A DNA stretch of 64,000 nucleotides from Octopus vulgaris (GCA_951406725.2 OX597818.1:106392001-106456000); one strand, 5' to 3'; counted from the first letter of the stretch, positions 26,270 through 37,789 are shown. Made by a program: numbers and translations. Notes: generated by a model not told the origin, from the letters alone.

Positions 26270-28727
26270 GAGCAAAAGGTACAAGAAGGTAAGAGAATTT
26301 GTCAATGTTCTAAAGCATTAGGATCAGAGGTGTGAAGTGTTCTAGATTGCAAAGGAGTGTGTCAGAGAGAATAGAGATGTAGTCGGTGAGAAATATGCAT
26401 GAATGGATAATGTTATGCTTGCACTCAGTATCTCAGAGAAGAAAGGTGCATGGAAGATTACTTAATGTGGAAAATAAATGGGAGAAGGAGAATCTTTCAA
26501 ATATCAAATGAAGTGGAAGACTGGCCATCAGAGTTGATAGCGGTATAATACATAAGGCAATTAAGGATATGAAGACAGGGAAAATCCTCCAGGACATAAC
26601 ACAAGAATTCAAAAGTGAATACCCATGGGAACTACTATACACTGATGACCTTGCTCTTATTGCAGAATCTGTAGCAGAATTGGAGAAGAAATTCCAGGTA
26701 TGGAAGCAAAACCTAGAATCAAAAGACCTTAAAGTTAACCTAGCTAAGACCAAAGTTGTTAGCAGAAAGCTGATAAGACTAATTCCATCAGGTAAATTGG
26801 CCCTGCCCAATTTGTAGGAAAGGAGTGGGAAGTAATTCCATTTGCTGTACCCGGTGTAAGTATGGACACATAACAGATGCAGTGGAATCACAGGTAGATT
26901 AACAAATAAGGTCATCTTCATGTGTGGCAGATGTGCAGGAACAATGGGCACTAAGAGCACTCTCAAATTCCCAGGAGGCTCTCTTGAGGTAGTAAATAGT
27001 TTCTGTTACCTAGGTGATCAAATTAGCAATGGGGGTGGATGCTCTGAAAGTATTGCTTTTAGAATATGAGTAGGATGAGTAAAGATCAGAGAGCTGTTAC
27101 CTCTGTTGGCAACAAAAGGACTCTCTCAGAGAGAAAGGTAGATTGTATGATGCTTGTGTATGAACGGCTATACTCCATGGCAGAGAGACATGGGCTCTGA
27201 ATGGAGGGGACATGTATAAACTAGAGATAAATGAAGGCAGTATGCTCTACTTGATGTGCAGTGTCAATGTGCATGAACGACAAAGCGTAAATGTGTTGAG
27301 AGAAAAGTCTGGCATAAGAGGAACCAGATGCAGCATGCAAGGGAGAAGACTTTGTTGGTTTGGACATGTGATGCGCATGAATAGGGACAGCTGTGTAAAG
27401 AAGTGCTGGTCACTGAAAGTGGATGGCACCTGTGGAAGAGAGAGACCCAGGAAGACATGGGATGAAGTGGTGAGGACTGAGCTCAGGATGTTGGGGCACA
27501 TGGAGGAAATGTCACTGGACCAACATGTCTGGTGATATAAGGTTCTAGAGAAGACATGCCCACATCAGTGAACCTGAGTTCTAGAAGCGTTGTATCCCAC
27601 CCATAACAATAAAACTTTCACACACCCTACCCCAACAAACCAAACTACATCCCCCCTTCCCAAACTCTTTCTCTTCTCTTCTTCACATTTCCTCTTCATA
27701 CTCTATTATTATTTCCCACACCCCAATCCAGTCCTCACTACCTTGGTCACTGTATCACTGCTTCCTCATCCCCTCCCCTCTACATGCCTAGGTTCTCACC
27801 AGTCGTAGCATTCCCCACTCTCACTCCTGACTCACGAATCCTTGGCGATACCCTGCCAGCACCTGCCACCATTCATCTCTCTTTTCCTTACTCTACTACC
27901 ATCCCATCTATGTCCTGATCCCTGTTCCTTGTGAGTATATCCTGGCATTCTCCTATTCTTACTGTCTCCTACTCTCTCTCTCTCTGTCTGTCTGTCTGTC
28001 TCTCTCTCTTTCCTTTGCTCTGCCCTTTGGCTGAGTAGTCATGAATCTCCTCTACAGCAACAAACCTCTTTCTGCCCTCATTCTTGATCACTCTCTCTCT
28101 CTGTCTCTGTATCTCTCTCTCTCTCTCTCTTTTGCTCTCTCTCTCTCTCTCTCCTTCTCTTGCTCTTATCTTTGGCTAGGTGACCATGTATTTCCTTTAC
28201 AGCAACACACCTCATTCTTGCTAACTCTCGCGCTTTTTCTCCCCCTCACTTTCTCTCCTGCTCTCTCTCTCTCTTCCTCTCTCTGGCTGGGTACCCATGG
28301 ACCTCCTCTGCAACAAGACATCTGTTTCTGTCTCTCTGCCACATTCTAATCTTTCACCATCTGACACAAGATTACCTCCTCCAATGCCTCCTCCGCTCTC
28401 ATAGATTCCTTGTCTTGCAAAGTTACTTGTTGACCCTGCCAGTGCAGGTACCTCTTAAAAGACATCCAGTCCACACTGTGAAGTGGTTGGCATTTGGAAG
28501 GGCATCCAGTTGTAAAACAACATGCCAAAACTGACCTCACCTGTGCTTTTGCCACATAAAAACCACTCAGTCCACTCAGTGTGTTGGCTGGTGTTAGGAA
28601 GGGAATCCAGGCATAAAAACCATGCCAAAGCAGACATAGAAGCATGTCACAGCTCCTGCCTGGCCAGTTCCTGTCAAACCATCTAACCCATGCCAGCATG
28701 GAAGGAGGATGTAAAATGATGATGTTG
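26270..28727 (+). mobile_element. RTE LINE with internal RT deletion and long pyrimidine-rich 3' UTR
   Basis: PWELLYTDDLAL, WKQNLESKDLKVNLAKTKV, FCYLGD, RLCWFGHVMRM..GRERPRKTWDEVV; CT-rich UTR 27590-28400; tail ..CCATGCCAGCATGGAAGG..GATGATG. Confidence 0.9.
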
Positions 28728-29306
28728 TAGCCATAGGTAACCAATCACATGTGTTCAAGTGAAGAGAATTCTTTAGAATAGTTCTTTTCTCTGCCAGGCA
28801 AAGCCTGCAGGCATTGGAAGACTCCTGTGACATCTAGGAATACAATTGTTCATATCATTGAAATGTTGAAGACCATAAGATTACACAAAAGAATGAGCAT
28901 AGAAGGGAATGTACAAACAGCTCATCATCAGCTGGTCAACTGGAAATCATTATGGTTTCAATACCACGCAGCATTATGTAACCCAACACTGGTAACAGTA
29001 TAGAAAATAAATACTGCGTGCAAATTAAGAGAAATAACAATAAAAACAAACATGTAATAGAAAAATGTTCTCATATATCATGATAATATGTAGCCTTCCC
29101 AACCAACAGCTGCAGAGAAAGTCATCTTAGATAAAGAACCAGTAATGAAAAAATTATTAGAACCCAATGCTCGTTATGCTTTATTAATGACTTTTAAACA
29201 GACAGTACACTAATAAAACATCAAATTAATGATAAAATGCTAAAAATTAAAATTATGATTAATGCAAAGAAAATTCTACTCTAAATAATTACACCATCCA
29301 ACTAAC

Positions 29307-29358
29307 ACATGTGCTGTGCCCAACAGCTGACCCGTCACAGTTCAAAGACCAAGTAGGG
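29307..29358 (-). CDS. candidate 52-nt host micro-exon (PTWSLNCDGSAVGHSTC), gene unknown
   Basis: Minus strand: ~50-nt AG-free pyrimidine-rich tract ending TTTTAG, one open frame, then GTTAGT donor; non-repetitive sequence. No protein recognised. Confidence 0.35.
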
Positions 29359-29771
29359 CTAAAATTGGAGTATAGGTGGTGACAGACACAAAGGAAAACA
29401 AACGGGTCAACTGTTAATTGCTCCAAACACACAGTAATTTCCACTTCTATCATATATTCCACATACAAAATGCAGTCAGGCAATAATCATCCAATTAATG
29501 GTTTAATTAGAGTAATATAATGCTACATGGAGCTTAAAATGTTAAATTGTAGATATGAAATAATCCCATGATTTTTTTTCAATAATTTATTACAATGTTT
29601 TCATAAGTAAGAAGTAAAGTTTTTCATTAATAATTCATTTGTATAACCACATCCAATTATATGCTTCATCAACAGTCAAACTTAATCAATAAACAAATCA
29701 ACAACATTTAGTATTTGCTAGTATCAAATAACATTACTGGAACTGGGAAACACATTATATCCTGTTCTTAC

Positions 29772-29815
29772 TGGTATGCAGCAGCAGCTCCAACGTAAAT
29801 GGTACTCTTCTGCGA
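29772..29815 (-). CDS. candidate 44-nt host micro-exon (SQKSTIYVGAAAAY), gene unknown
   Basis: TTTTATTTCAAG acceptor (alternative in-frame CAG 6 nt downstream), GC-richer open sequence, CA|GTAAGA donor; phase-compatible with the 29307-29358 candidate. Confidence 0.3.
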
Positions 29816-30104
29816 CTTGAAATAAAACTATCACTTATAATATTAGTTACCATATTATTATTGCTACTTAGCACTGCAACACACACACACACACACAGTA
29901 GCAGCAATTGCTAGAAATGAGAGTCAAAAACGTCTTGAATAGCCACATAGAGCACTAACCTCATGAAAGTGATGGAATATGAGCAAGCAAGCAAGCTAAA
30001 GCAGCTTTCTATGGTGAGATAAACTCACAAAATGAAGTAAACAGATGTATCCTTATCCTGTGATTTCGAACTCGGATGATTATGATCTTATTTCTCACCC
30101 CTCA

Positions 30105-30652
30105 TTCACTGGACAATGAACTTTGCTGGCAAAGACCTATTGAGGCAAGTGTAAACAAATCAAAATTGCTGATGTGGCCGATGACAGTACCGCCTGATTG
30201 GCACTCATGCCAGTGGAATGTTAAAAGCACATCTGAGCATAATCATTGCCAGGGCTACAGATTGACTCCCGTGCCAGTGACACGTGAAAAGCACCATTCA
30301 AGTGTAATCAAAGCCAGCATTGCCTCACTGGCACACGTGCTGGAGGCATGTGAAAAACAACATTAAAGTATGGTTGTTGCCAGTGTTGGCAGACTGGCTC
30401 CTGTGCAAGTAGCATGTAAAAACACCTTTTGAACGTGGTCATTGCCAGAACTGCCTGACTGGCCCTCATGCCAGTGGCACATAAAAAGCACCCACTACAC
30501 TCTTGGAGTGGTTGGTGTTAGGAAGGTCTTCCAGCTGTAGAAACCCTGTCTGATCAGCTTCTGGCTCACCAATCCTCAGTCAAACCGTCCAACCAGCATG
30601 GAAAGCGGACCTTAAAAGATAATGATGATGATGATGATGATGATGATAATGA

Positions 30653-30655
<3 letters not shown>
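30105..30655 (+). mobile_element. RTE 3' end with five ~65-bp UTR tandem units and (GAT)n tail
   Basis: Units start at 30208, 30272, 30338, 30404 and 30469, followed by the shared RTE tail. Confidence 0.85.
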
Positions 30656-30695
<40 letters not shown>

Positions 30696-30750
30696 CATAA
30701 ATATTAAATTTCTAAATATCTCATAGAGATATGTACAGTGGTGGAGCGAT

Positions 30751-30922
30751 AGAGTGGTTGTATACAGTCAACTTAACGTGACAGTCCTGTGAAGGAATTA
30801 CACAAGGACACAGGAAATGTGTCGAGGCCGACAGGAAGTGTCGATGCTTCCTAGGGCTAAACACCGGTGGTGTAATTCCTTTACAGGACTGTCACGTTAA
30901 GTTAACAGTATACAACCACTCT
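30751..30922. mobile_element. MITE / foldback element with 53-bp inverted arms
   Basis: 30751-30803 is the reverse complement of 30870-30922 with 3 mismatches; 66-bp spacer. Confidence 0.8.
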
Positions 30923-30939
30923 CTCTCTCTCTCTCTCTC

Positions 30940-30983
<44 letters not shown>

Positions 30984-31779
30984 TAAATCAAACGAAGGAA
31001 GAAGCAATTCCTTCAAAGGGATGTAAACTTTTAGATTGTCAATTGCATTTCTCTATTTCATTTAATATTTGTATATAAATATATATATATGTATGTGTGT
31101 GCAGATTTGTATGTTTTATGTATCTATTCTCATGCATATAGTTACACATCTAGACATGCTCATATATATTTAAATGATAAACTTCTGATAAACTCTGTAT
31201 GTATGTATGTATTTTCCATTATGCTTAGAAGCAATGTATGTTAACCAGAATTTCTAAGCTCAGTCAAAGAGAACAAACCACTCCCAATCCTTATGCAAAT
31301 GGATTTATGACTGGCCCACTTGGACTAGAATAGAGTCATATAATGTATAATAATAAAGACAAACAGAGTAATAATATTTTGAATGCATTTAATACATGCA
31401 TTTCAGATCATTGCGCACTGGCTAAAAGGAAATGCATCTCTTATGCAAGACTTGCCTCAGTGAAGATATTTCAAAATATGAACAAACTGATGGAATCCAT
31501 TCCTTTATATATGGGTCAGGAAGTTTAATGAGGAGAGGACATACCCAGAAGGGGTAGAATATTTATAGAGAAGGGAATGGAAATGAGAGGGAGAAGGAGA
31601 GAGAGAGTGGGGGGGGGGAGAAAAAAATGGAGGAAAAGAAATTGGTAGTGTAGGTATTTGAGCAGAGAAAACATGAGGAGATGGAACCAGATGGAAAGAA
31701 GAGAAGGGAAAAGGTCAAACAGATAAATAAACCAATAAATAAATGTACCAATAAAAATATGTCTGAATACAAAGAATGA

Positions 31780-32119
31780 AAATATAAGGAACCTTGTGAC
31801 TGCCATCAACGCAGGGGCTGTTGCTGTAGTCTGCTGTAGAACCCTCATTCTGATATGGAGAGGAGCCGAGATTGACCAACTCGATCTCACTACCTGAAAG
31901 ATGATAACAATGTATGATGCCCTCCATACAGGCTGTACATGAAGACATGTAACGGTGGATGAGGCATGATTAGCATACAAGAGTGTATGGACAGTGACAG
32001 AAGAAATATGACAGAGCATTTGGTAAACAACGAACAAAACCTGCTACAGTATGCTGCTAATGCCGAAGGATTTACTAACAATGGAGTTGAGAGTGGTAAT
32101 GAATTCTGATGTGAGAGAA

Positions 32120-32189
<70 letters not shown>

Positions 32190-33086
32190 AACTCTTCTCC
32201 ACATGGAATTACGTGGTCAGTTCTACCATGAAACTAACAACTTAAAGGACCAGGAAGCATCGTGGAGGTGGCTGAGCAAGGCTGACTTAAAAAAGAATAC
32301 TGAAAGCCTAATCATCACTGCCCAGGCTCAGGCATTGAATACCGACTCAGTGGAAAGAGATATGTACCTCGCCAGTGCAATGAACCTCAGCAGAATGTGT
32401 GGGAAGATAGTTGAAAGCAGGATTCACATTGTTAGTGCTTGTGAGAGTCTTGTGCAGAAAGTGTACAAGCACAGACATGACAAGGTAGCCCCAGACTTTC
32501 ACTGGCCACTCTACCAGAGATATGGATACAAGGTGATAGGTGCTTGGTACCAACATACACTGGAAAAGGTAATGGACAAAAACAGGAAGGCAAAGATCCT
32601 CTGGGACCGTAGCTTCCAGACAGACAAGGTGTTAGAGCACTGAAGGCTGGTCATAGTAACCTTTAGAAGGGACAAACAAGAGTGCTTAATAATCAATATG
32701 GCAGTGCCAGAAGATCAACATATTATCGTGAAAGAAAGAAAAAAGATTGATAAATATGGGGCCCTGAGAATTGAGATCCCCAAGATGTGGTAGTTACAAG
32801 AATCAAACATAAAGTTTGTTTCTATTGTCATATGAGCATTGGGTTCAATACTGCTTGACCTGAAGAAACATCAGGAAACTTTAGAAATACCCTACAATCT
32901 AGGTGTAAAAATTGGAATTACTTGGAACTGCATGCACACTATACAATGTACTGTCTGTGTGAAGTCTTTGTTGTGACTTGACAGACGAACCCCTGCTACA
33001 CACAATATCTTCAATCTACAATATCACAATGTTGGATACGGTGCAATGTTTTCAATAATGATGATAATAATAATAATAATAATAAT
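31780..33086 (+). mobile_element. R4/Dong-clade non-LTR retrotransposon 3' part (post-RT, CCHC finger, RLE endonuclease) ending in (AAT)n
   Basis: NLVTAINAGAV..AEIDQLD, TESLIITAQAQAL, RMCGKIVESRIHIVSAC..YKHRHDKVA, KILWD..QTDKVLEH, CLIINMAVP, KIDKY..L, ALGSI; AAT tail 33054-33086. Confidence 0.9.
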
Positions 33087-33640
33087 GCCCTGATGCAGTA
33101 CCAGGCATTGACTCCCATGGCTTCTTATCTTAACTGATTGGAAGTGTTATCATGTACATTGTTTTGTCTTGGTATAAAAGATGGGCTACAGCAAATATTC
33201 TGCTCAATACCACAGATTTGCTTGTCAGTTGTTTGACCTTAACCAGCTGAACTTGTCCCTTGGTGGCTGACGATACATGCATCTCTGATCATGAGCAGAA
33301 GTAGTGGGGGAGCATCATAGCCGTGTGTTGAAAAGAATTCTTAGAGGTTTGGATAATTCACCTCTGGAAACATAGGTGGTTCATTCAACATCCTTAAATA
33401 ACCCTTATTCAGGGACCTTTTGAGCGGGATGGGTTACCCGACCAGAAGAAAATTCTAACTGGACTCCACCTGCAAGGTCATGCACTATTTATTTCGATAT
33501 GAGATCACCATGTTGTGCACATATGGTTGAGATGCATGTGCCTAGTATACCCTTGTATAACGGGTTGTCATGATGGGTATACTGGGCTTCGTATATTTTA
33601 CCCCAGTGTCACTTTGATGGCATGAACTGCTCTCTCACTC
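33087..33640. mobile_element. ~550-bp non-coding element bounded on both sides by (AAT)n
   Basis: Complex sequence with sharp ends exactly at AAT arrays; no ORF or TIR seen; family unassigned. Confidence 0.55.
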
Positions 33641-33653
33641 AATAATAATGATG

Positions 33654-33704
<51 letters not shown>

Positions 33705-33715
33705 GTAATAATAAT

Positions 33716-34215
33716 GATGATCTGAAGTTATATGCAAATGATGACAAGGATTTGAATTTGGCCTTGATAAGAGTACAAAAGCTTTGTTCAAGTGTGGTAA
33801 ACTGACAGCAAATACCACAACCCAACTTGATCAGAATACATCTATCAAGGACCTGAATCAAGAAGGTTTTTATAAGTATATTTGGATACACAAAAGGAAA
33901 GGTATTTAATATGGATCAATGAAAGAAAAGATCAAGAAAGAGTATTCTAGACATGTCAGAATGGTCCTGAATACTGAGCTAAGTCCCAGAATAGAAGTGC
34001 AGCAATAAACTCTTCAGCAGTACCAGTTGTCCAGTTTAGCCTTAATGTCATCAGTTGGAATCTGAGTGATTTCTAGCACATGGACATAGAGACCAGGAAG
34101 CTGCTGGAAGGATGCACCACCCAAAATCAGACGTCCATAGCAGGAAGGCAGTAGAGGCCTAATCCAACTTGAAAGGTTCTATAAAACATCCACGACAGGA
34201 CTCCAAATGTACATA
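33716..34215 (+). mobile_element. second R4/Dong-clade fragment (RT core to post-RT)
   Basis: Starts directly after (AAT)n with DDLKLYANDDKDL, then KEKIKKEYSRHVRMVLNTELS, AINSSAVPVV, ETRKLL, MHHPKSDV, RGLIQLE. Confidence 0.85.
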
Positions 34216-34229
34216 TAAAGTATACACTG

Positions 34230-34421
34230 TGTTGTATAGTGAAACTGTATTCCCCTCACCCCTCACTGCCCAGTAAAAAGTCTATAAATGGACCAGTATC
34301 AGGTTTCCAAGAGAGGGTAAAGAGTTGAGAGTCAACAGTTCTAGTTGGTGTCTTGAGGAGCTATTAGCAATAGTTAAACAGAAGTTAGAGTATTACTATT
34401 CTGGTATGAAATGGTACAACA
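34230..34421 (+). repeat. 5' LTR of Ty3/Gypsy element
   Basis: Perfect 7-bp inverted termini TGTTGTA...TACAACA, internal TATAAA at ~34283, immediately upstream of gag. Confidence 0.7.
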
Positions 34422-36380
34422 ATATCTGATGACTAGCAACTGCTGTGGTTACTAGCTTAAAACAGCAACTACAGTACAACGGTAGTCACACATCACACTA
34501 GTTGGAGGAACTCACTTTACATCAGTGGTGATGAGGAAAGACAAATTTACACAGAGTGAGAAAATAAACATTCACATGGAGAGTTTAAACTAATTCATGT
34601 GGAAAATTAAATAACTCGACAAATAAGAAACAAAAATCTTGTTGTGCAAACTCATGAAAATCGTAAAATATGGAAAACTTGTTAGCTGAGGTAGTTGAGT
34701 TGCAAAAACAGCAGCAACAACAACTCAAGGTACAACAAGAACAACAACAAGGATTTCAGCAGCAAATGTAACAACTAATGAAATTGATAACCAAACCAGA
34801 GAATTCATTTTTGTCTGATCATGTAGCAAATTCCATAAGTGAATTCAAATATGACCCCAAAGAAGGAATAACCTTCAAGGTCTACTTTCAATGATTTGAA
34901 CAAAATTTTGAAAAAGAATGTCAGGAGTGGATGAACAAAATGAAAACATGTCTAGTTTTAAGAAAACTATGGCCAGCAGGGCATGAGAAGTATACTAGCC
35001 GCATATTGTCAAAAAAAAGTGTCTGACATAAATTTCACTGACATAGTTGATATTTTGTGCGAAATGTTTAGTGAAAAGAGCTCACTGTTTAATACTAGAT
35101 GGAAATGTTTAAAGATAGAAAAGAGTGAGGATGAAGACTTCACTACTATCACAAGCAAAGTGAACAAAGAATGTGAGAGATTTAGGCTGAAATGCTTACT
35201 TCAGATTCTTTCAAGTGTTTGATTTTTGCAAAAGGATTGACAGATAAAAGGGAGCAGAAATCTGAATGAAAATTCTAGCAAAACTGGAAACAAATCAGGA
35301 TTTGATATAGCAGAAACTGTAGAAAGACTGTGACATGATATTAAAATTAAGGCATGACGTGGAAGAAATTCAACAGAAAAAGTGTTTTCACATAAGACCA
35401 GTGCAAAAAGGTTGGAAGACAGAGTGTTGCAGGAAGAGCAGAAAAAATATCGGGATGTAGACCCATGTATGGCATGTGGGGGGATGCATCTGAAAACAGA
35501 TTATCCATATAAAAAAGGAAAGTGTTTTCATTGTGGGTCTACAGGACATATAAAATTCCACTGCAAAACAAGAATGATAGGAAAATGGAACAAACAAGAA
35601 AAAATAAATAGTTTGTCAGCAGGAAAAGTTGTGACTACAACAAATAGAAAATTCGTGAATGTGAGAATTGAAACCACTAGTGTCAGAACGCAATTAGATA
35701 CAGGAAGGGATATCACGATTGTAAATGAGAAAGCATGGGAAAAAACGGGTAAACCAAAATTATGGTGTCCAAACAAAATAGCGTATGGTGTCACAGGAAG
35801 AAAATTATATTTCATAGGCAAACATATTTGTAATATAATGTTCAAAGGTTGAACCTAAAAAGTGAATGTTTATGTGTTGAAAATATCCATGAATTTATTT
35901 GGCATGGAATGTATGGAGAAATTTAATTTATGGAATACACCAATAAGTGCAATAACATAAATGGAGCAGTCAAACGATCGAATGAGGTTGATGAACTGAG
36001 ACAAAAAATTAAGAGAAACTTTCCCAAAAGATTTTTTGGTAGGTTTACACTGTTGCACAAAAACAAACAAGGATTGCTATTAAAGAAAATTCAACACCTA
36101 TTTTCAGTCCCAAATGGAACATGCCATTTGCAATGGTAGACCAGATCAATAAAGTACTAGAAAGGCTGAAAAGCCTGAATATAATTGAAAAGATTGAACA
36201 TGCTGACGGGGCAGCCGCAGCAGTCTATGTAAAAAAAAAAGAAGCTAAGAGTGGGCACAAACTTCTCAACTGGATTAAACAAGTGTTTTCTCACACACAA
36301 TTACCCACTACCAAACCCAGAAGAAGTATTTGCTAAACTAAACAGAGAGAAAATTTTCTCAAAATTAGACCTCTGGGAGG
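34230..36380 (+). mobile_element. Ty3/Gypsy (Mag-like) LTR retrotransposon 5' half: gag, protease, start of RT; decayed and truncated
   Basis: Gag from ATG 34670 (SISEFKYDPKEGITF, SLFNTRWKCL), tandem Zn knuckles CMACGGMH..CFHCGSTGHIKFHC, protease QLDTGRDITIV, RT start ERLKSLNIIEKI..YPLPNPEEVFAKL..FSKLDL. Confidence 0.9.
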
Positions 36381-36389
36381 TCTAATTTT

Positions 36390-36748
36390 GAGAAATGTCT
36401 GGTCTCCTAATCTCGCCAATTTTAACCCCAATGGATTACTATGTCTGAGGTGTAATTGAGAAAGATATCAACCACAGTGCTTCGAACACCAAGCCAGACC
36501 TGGTGGCCATGATCAAAGAAGTGTTCAAAAATCTTCCTAAGGACACAGTGTGGGATGCATGCATCAGGTTCCAGAGCCATCTTGAAACCCTGGGGGAAGC
36601 TGAGGGTTGTTATTTTGAGTAAACTGTCAACTCCCAGCCATAATCCAAGTTGATAGCTTTTTGATTTTTCAAAATATATTTAGATGGGATATTATACTCT
36701 CTATTCCTTTTATGCAATCTGTCAGGTTTTGCCAGACTGACCTGTGTA
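36390..36748 (+). mobile_element. Tc1/mariner (maT/DD37D-like) transposase C-terminus and 3' end
   Basis: WSPN..PMDYYV*GVIEKDINH..DACIRFQSHLETLGEAEGCYFE*; putative TIR end ..TGACCTGTGTA. Confidence 0.75.
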
Positions 36749-37789
36749 TGGGTATATATATTGAACATACATGCAAAAAATTCATTTTTTAAGTTACTTT
36801 ATAAATATTTTTGTTTTCAGTTGCTTTACCATATTTGAAGAGTTGAGTATATTTTTCTTGCATTGAAAAGCAGAATTTCATTCAAAAATTTACTGTTGTA
36901 CATTTTAAAATTTCAAGTCATATAACCTTTCTCTTGTTATACAAATGCCTTTTTGTCTCCTGACATAGTTTGTGTTGAACATCAACAGGTTGTATTGTCA
37001 AGAGAAACAGAAAAGAAATATGTATATATAATGCGATTTGCAAACAGAAGAAGAAGGCAGTAAAAACAGCAACAATGAAAACAATCTTTACAAGCATCAT
37101 TGATGAGCAAATTAAAAGAGAAAGTGAAAAACCTGTTGCAGAATGGCATGTCTTTAAAGAGAAAGCATTTGTACGATGTAAAAGGTTCAGTACATATTTA
37201 TTTTAAAAGATTACAATAAAAGAAAATAGACAACAACAACACAATTTAATAAAAATAAAACGAGAGAAAATTAATGTTCTAATATTACAAAAGATAGAGA
37301 TAAAAGAGGGGGCTTTTTTTTATTTTTTATTGTTGGCAATGTGTTTTCTTTTTACCATATATTAACATGTTTAAATTTTTCTTAATTCAAATTTTTTTTG
37401 TTTCTAAAAAATTTTCTTGTTTTATTTTTTATTGATTATCTGTGAAGAAGTATCATGAAAAGTCAAGAAAAACATTCATAGCATATTGGAAGAATTTTAA
37501 AACACACACATTAGTCTCACACACAACACACATGCAAACATCATAAGTGTTCTCTCTCCCCCACCAAACCTTTTAATTTACAGAAAAAAAATGAAGAAAA
37601 AAATATTTTAAATCCTTTTAATTGGTGAGTTCATTTTTAAATAAGAATATTTTTTACTTCAACACAGAAACAGCATCTATTTCAAAGAAAACATTTCAAA
37701 ATGGCAATGGAAGAGACAGACATGAAGGATAAAGAAGATGAATTTAAAGTTAGTTGATGGATTTGCTATAAGGAATACGTATACTTGTG

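Noticed and set aside
29320-29358. YLVFEL/VTG resemblance to a CaMK kinase subdomain
   Set aside because: Needs a frameshift, the frame hits TGA immediately, and no other kinase exons were found.
29320-29417. Hairpin as a pre-miRNA
   Set aside because: Stem is only ~17 bp with a ~64-nt largely unpaired loop, unlike a Drosha/Dicer substrate.
30208-30492. CRISPR-like repeat-spacer array (also 60640-60792)
   Set aside because: The 'spacers' are homologous to one another, the array is part of an RTE 3' UTR, the context is eukaryotic and there are no cas genes.
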